IMG/VR virus record: IMGVR_UViG_3300025141_012032
Strand: one strand, 5' to 3'
DNA length: 20,000 nucleotides
DNA from: an uncultured virus (IMG/VR IMGVR_UViG_3300025141_012032)
Lineage: Duplodnaviria > Heunggongvirae > Uroviricota > Caudoviricetes
In this document: one piece after another, positions 18,163 to 20,000 of the stretch
Layout: the number at the start of each line of letters is the position of its first letter
Numbering within the stretch: position 1 is the first letter of the stretch
Made by a program: the position numbers and the translations under genes
The notes under the pieces: generated by a model
Database searches by the model: none
The model's input: only the letters and a program-made list of their open reading frames with translations
Told to the model about the DNA's origin: nothing

Positions 18163-18483
18163 ATGAAAATCACCAAATCCCAACTTAAACAGATCATCAA
18201 GGAAGAGCTTGAAGAGGGCTTGGGTGATATGCTCGGTAAGATGCGCCGGCGCCACAAGATTCAGCGCGCTGGCCAACCCGAAGAGTTTATGAATCAGTAC
18301 TATATCGACGTTCGCGATGAAGATGGTAGCTTGATAAAAAGACACTCGTATCGCGATCATACTGATGAGTCCGCCTGGGAGCAAGCTGAGAAGCTTAAAC
18401 GAGAACTGCGCCTAGGCGGTTATGAACTTGAGATTATTAAAGACACAGAAGACGGAGAGGTCAACTTGGGGTCAATGTATTGA
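18163..18483 (+). CDS. Small protein with MKITKSQLKQIIKEEL N-terminal leader
   Basis: 106 aa with an AGGAG RBS. An amphipathic basic leader ending in EELEE is followed by an unrelated charged body. Confidence 0.85.
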   Translation: MKITKSQLKQIIKEELEEGLGDMLGKMRRRHKIQRAGQPEEFMNQYYIDVRDEDGSLIKRHSYRDHTDESAWEQAEKLKRELRLGGYELEIIKDTEDGEVNLGSMY

Positions 18484-18623
18484 TGCTAAGAAAACTCTCA
18501 CGATATCTTTTTAAGAAAGGCATAAGCGATTTAGAGCTTTTAAAGATTATAGGGATTGTTTTAATGTCAGCAACATTTGTGGGCGTTATGCTCTATGGAG
18601 CAATCGGAGCGCTCCTCCTATAA
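18483..18623 (+). CDS. Small single-pass membrane protein (46 aa), not in the ORF track
   Basis: TGATG coupling to the previous stop. Translates as MLRKLSRYLFKKGISDLELLKIIGIVLMSATFVGVMLYGAIGALLL*, a basic N-terminus followed by about 25 uncharged, mostly hydrophobic residues. Confidence 0.65.
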   Translation: MLRKLSRYLFKKGISDLELLKIIGIVLMSATFVGVMLYGAIGALLL

Positions 18624-18631
18624 AAAAAGTC

Positions 18632-18660
18632 TTGACAACAGATCCCCAATGGGTTATGAT
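18632..18660 (+). promoter_or_regulatory. Near-consensus sigma70 promoter
   Basis: TTGACA (18632-18637), a 17-nt spacer, then TATGAT (18655-18660). An A-tract precedes it (18622-18628, UP-like) and a GGAGG RBS follows at 18684-18688. Confidence 0.85.
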
Positions 18661-18692
18661 ATATTAACGGCATAACTACGTCTGGAGGGATT

Positions 18693-20000
18693 TTGAAGTT
18701 TGCACATATAAGCGATACTCATATCAAAAATTTGAAGTATCATTACGAGTATAGAATTGTTTTTGAGCAATTATACGAAACATTACGAGAACAAGAAGTC
18801 GACTACATTGTTCACTGCGGAGACATCGCGCACACCAAAACACAAATCTCACCAGAGTTTGTGGAGATGTGTTCTGATTTCTTTCGCAACTTAGCAGAGA
18901 TTGCACCGACATACATTATTTTAGGCAATCACGATGGTAATCTAAAGAACAGCAGTCGTCAAGATGCGCTCACACCGATTGTAGATGCGTTAAACTTAGC
19001 CGGACTCAACTTGCTAAAAGATTCTGGCGAAACACATTTGGACGACAAGTTTTGTCTGAACGTGCTTTCTGTGTTTGATCGAGAGCAATGGATTAAACCA
19101 ACCAATCCAGACAAGATCAATATCGCACTTTACCATGGCTCAATCAGCAACTGCAAGACTGATGTTGGCTGGACAATGGTAAATGGCGAAGATACAATTA
19201 CAATCTTTGATGACCATGATTTCTCAATGTTGGGCGACATTCATAGACGCCAATTCCTAGACGAAGAGGGTCGCGTATGGTACGCAGGCTCAACTGTTCA
19301 GCAGAATCACGGCGAGACTAACGATAAGGGTATTCTTATATGGGATATCAAATCGAAAGACGATTGGGATATTGAGCCGATTGTGCTTAAGAACCCAAAG
19401 CCATTCTTCACAATCCCGCTTACGCTAAAGGGGCGAATGCCTCGTAAGCTTGATGTGCCAACAGGCGCAAGACTTCGCCTTGTTAGCAATAACAATTTGC
19501 CGCTTGATGTTATGCGCAGGGCAATGGACATTGCTAAGCACAGGTTCAAGCCAGAAAGCATTTCGTTTTTGAACCGCGCTAGCGGACAGCGCGGAAATGT
19601 GGAAGATATAACTGACGGATTGAAGACAGAGAACCTGCGAGATCCAAAGATCCAAGAGGAGCTTATGGATGAGTATCTTAAAGACTATCAGGTACCCGCT
19701 GACACGATGGAAAAAGTTTACGAGCTTAATCGTGCTTACAACAAAATTATCGAGGAGAAAGAGGAGATAGCGCGCAATGTAAATTGGAGACTAAAGTCAT
19801 TTGAATTCGATAACCTTTTTAACTATGGAGAAAATAATGCTGTCAATTTTGATAGGCTTAATGGTATTGTTGGCATTTTCGGAAAGAACTTTAGTGGTAA
19901 GAGTTCTATTATCGACGCTGCTCTTTATACTCTTTTTAATACAACTTCAAAGAACGAGCGAAAAAACCTCAACGTCATCAACCAGAATAGAGATAGTGGA
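18693..20000 (+). CDS. sbcCD: Fused SbcD/Mre11 nuclease and SbcC/Rad50 ATPase (T4 gp47-gp46-like), 3'-truncated
   Basis: TTG start and 436 open codons to the window end. Metallophosphoesterase motifs HISDTH, CGDIAH, LGNHD, YHG and LGDIH lead in the same frame into LKSFEFDNLFNYG and Walker A GKNFSGKSS (starting at 19881). Confidence 0.9.
   Translation, partial: MKFAHISDTHIKNLKYHYEYRIVFEQLYETLREQEVDYIVHCGDIAHTKTQISPEFVEMCSDFFRNLAEIAPTYIILGNHDGNLKNSSRQDALTPIVDALNLAGLNLLKDSGETHLDDKFCLNVLSVFDREQWIKPTNPDKINIALYHGSISNCKTDVGWTMVNGEDTITIFDDHDFSMLGDIHRRQFLDEEGRVWYAGSTVQQNHGETNDKGILIWDIKSKDDWDIEPIVLKNPKPFFTIPLTLKGRMPRKLDVPTGARLRLVSNNNLPLDVMRRAMDIAKHRFKPESISFLNRASGQRGNVEDITDGLKTENLRDPKIQEELMDEYLKDYQVPADTMEKVYELNRAYNKIIEEKEEIARNVNWRLKSFEFDNLFNYGENNAVNFDRLNGIVGIFGKNFSGKSSIIDAALYTLFNTTSKNERKNLNVINQNRDSG

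Noticed and set aside
18597..18628. GGAGCGCTCC palindrome followed by an A-tract as a terminator
   Set aside because: The stem is followed by A's rather than T's on +, and the order is wrong for a - strand terminator. The A-tract fits better as a promoter UP element. An operator role cannot be supported.
1035..19655. Minus-strand and nested alternative-frame ORFs of 60-149 aa in the track
   Set aside because: Essentially all overlap long, tightly packed + strand genes and show no recognisable motifs. They are shadow ORFs; the GGGSL repeats in 2139..2426 simply mirror IKEPPPD.
1..20000. Stop-codon reassignment, tRNA/rRNA genes, introns or inteins
   Set aside because: TAA, TAG and TGA all end genes at sensible junctions and coding density is near complete under code 11. 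There is no intergenic room for RNA genes, and I saw no intein motifs in the primase or the visible SbcCD part.

Overview
All real genes lie on the + strand and are tightly packed, several with overlapping stop/start codons (TAATG, ATGA, TGATG). They use the standard genetic code and GGAG-type ribosome-binding sites. The layout fits a large tailed dsDNA bacteriophage. About 1-15.3 kb is a cluster of large, mostly acidic, Ser/Gly/Thr/Tyr-rich proteins, most likely virion tail/baseplate components; it includes two recognisable paralog pairs and a variable, repeat-containing segment. Next come a putative sugar O-methyltransferase, a RuvC-like resolvase, a DnaG-type primase, a small protein with an MKITKSQLKQIIKEE leader and a 46-aa membrane protein missed by the ORF track. 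Last is a fused SbcD-SbcC (Mre11-Rad50) gene, also missed by the track, which follows a near-consensus sigma70 promoter and runs off the window. Other signals: a TATTTAT motif upstream of several putative late genes, strong over-representation of the palindrome GCCGGC, [ST]-[GA]-S tripeptides concentrated in the structural proteins, and shared Gly-rich-Tyr C-termini. Functions of the structural ORFs are inferred from context and motifs only; no database searches were run.
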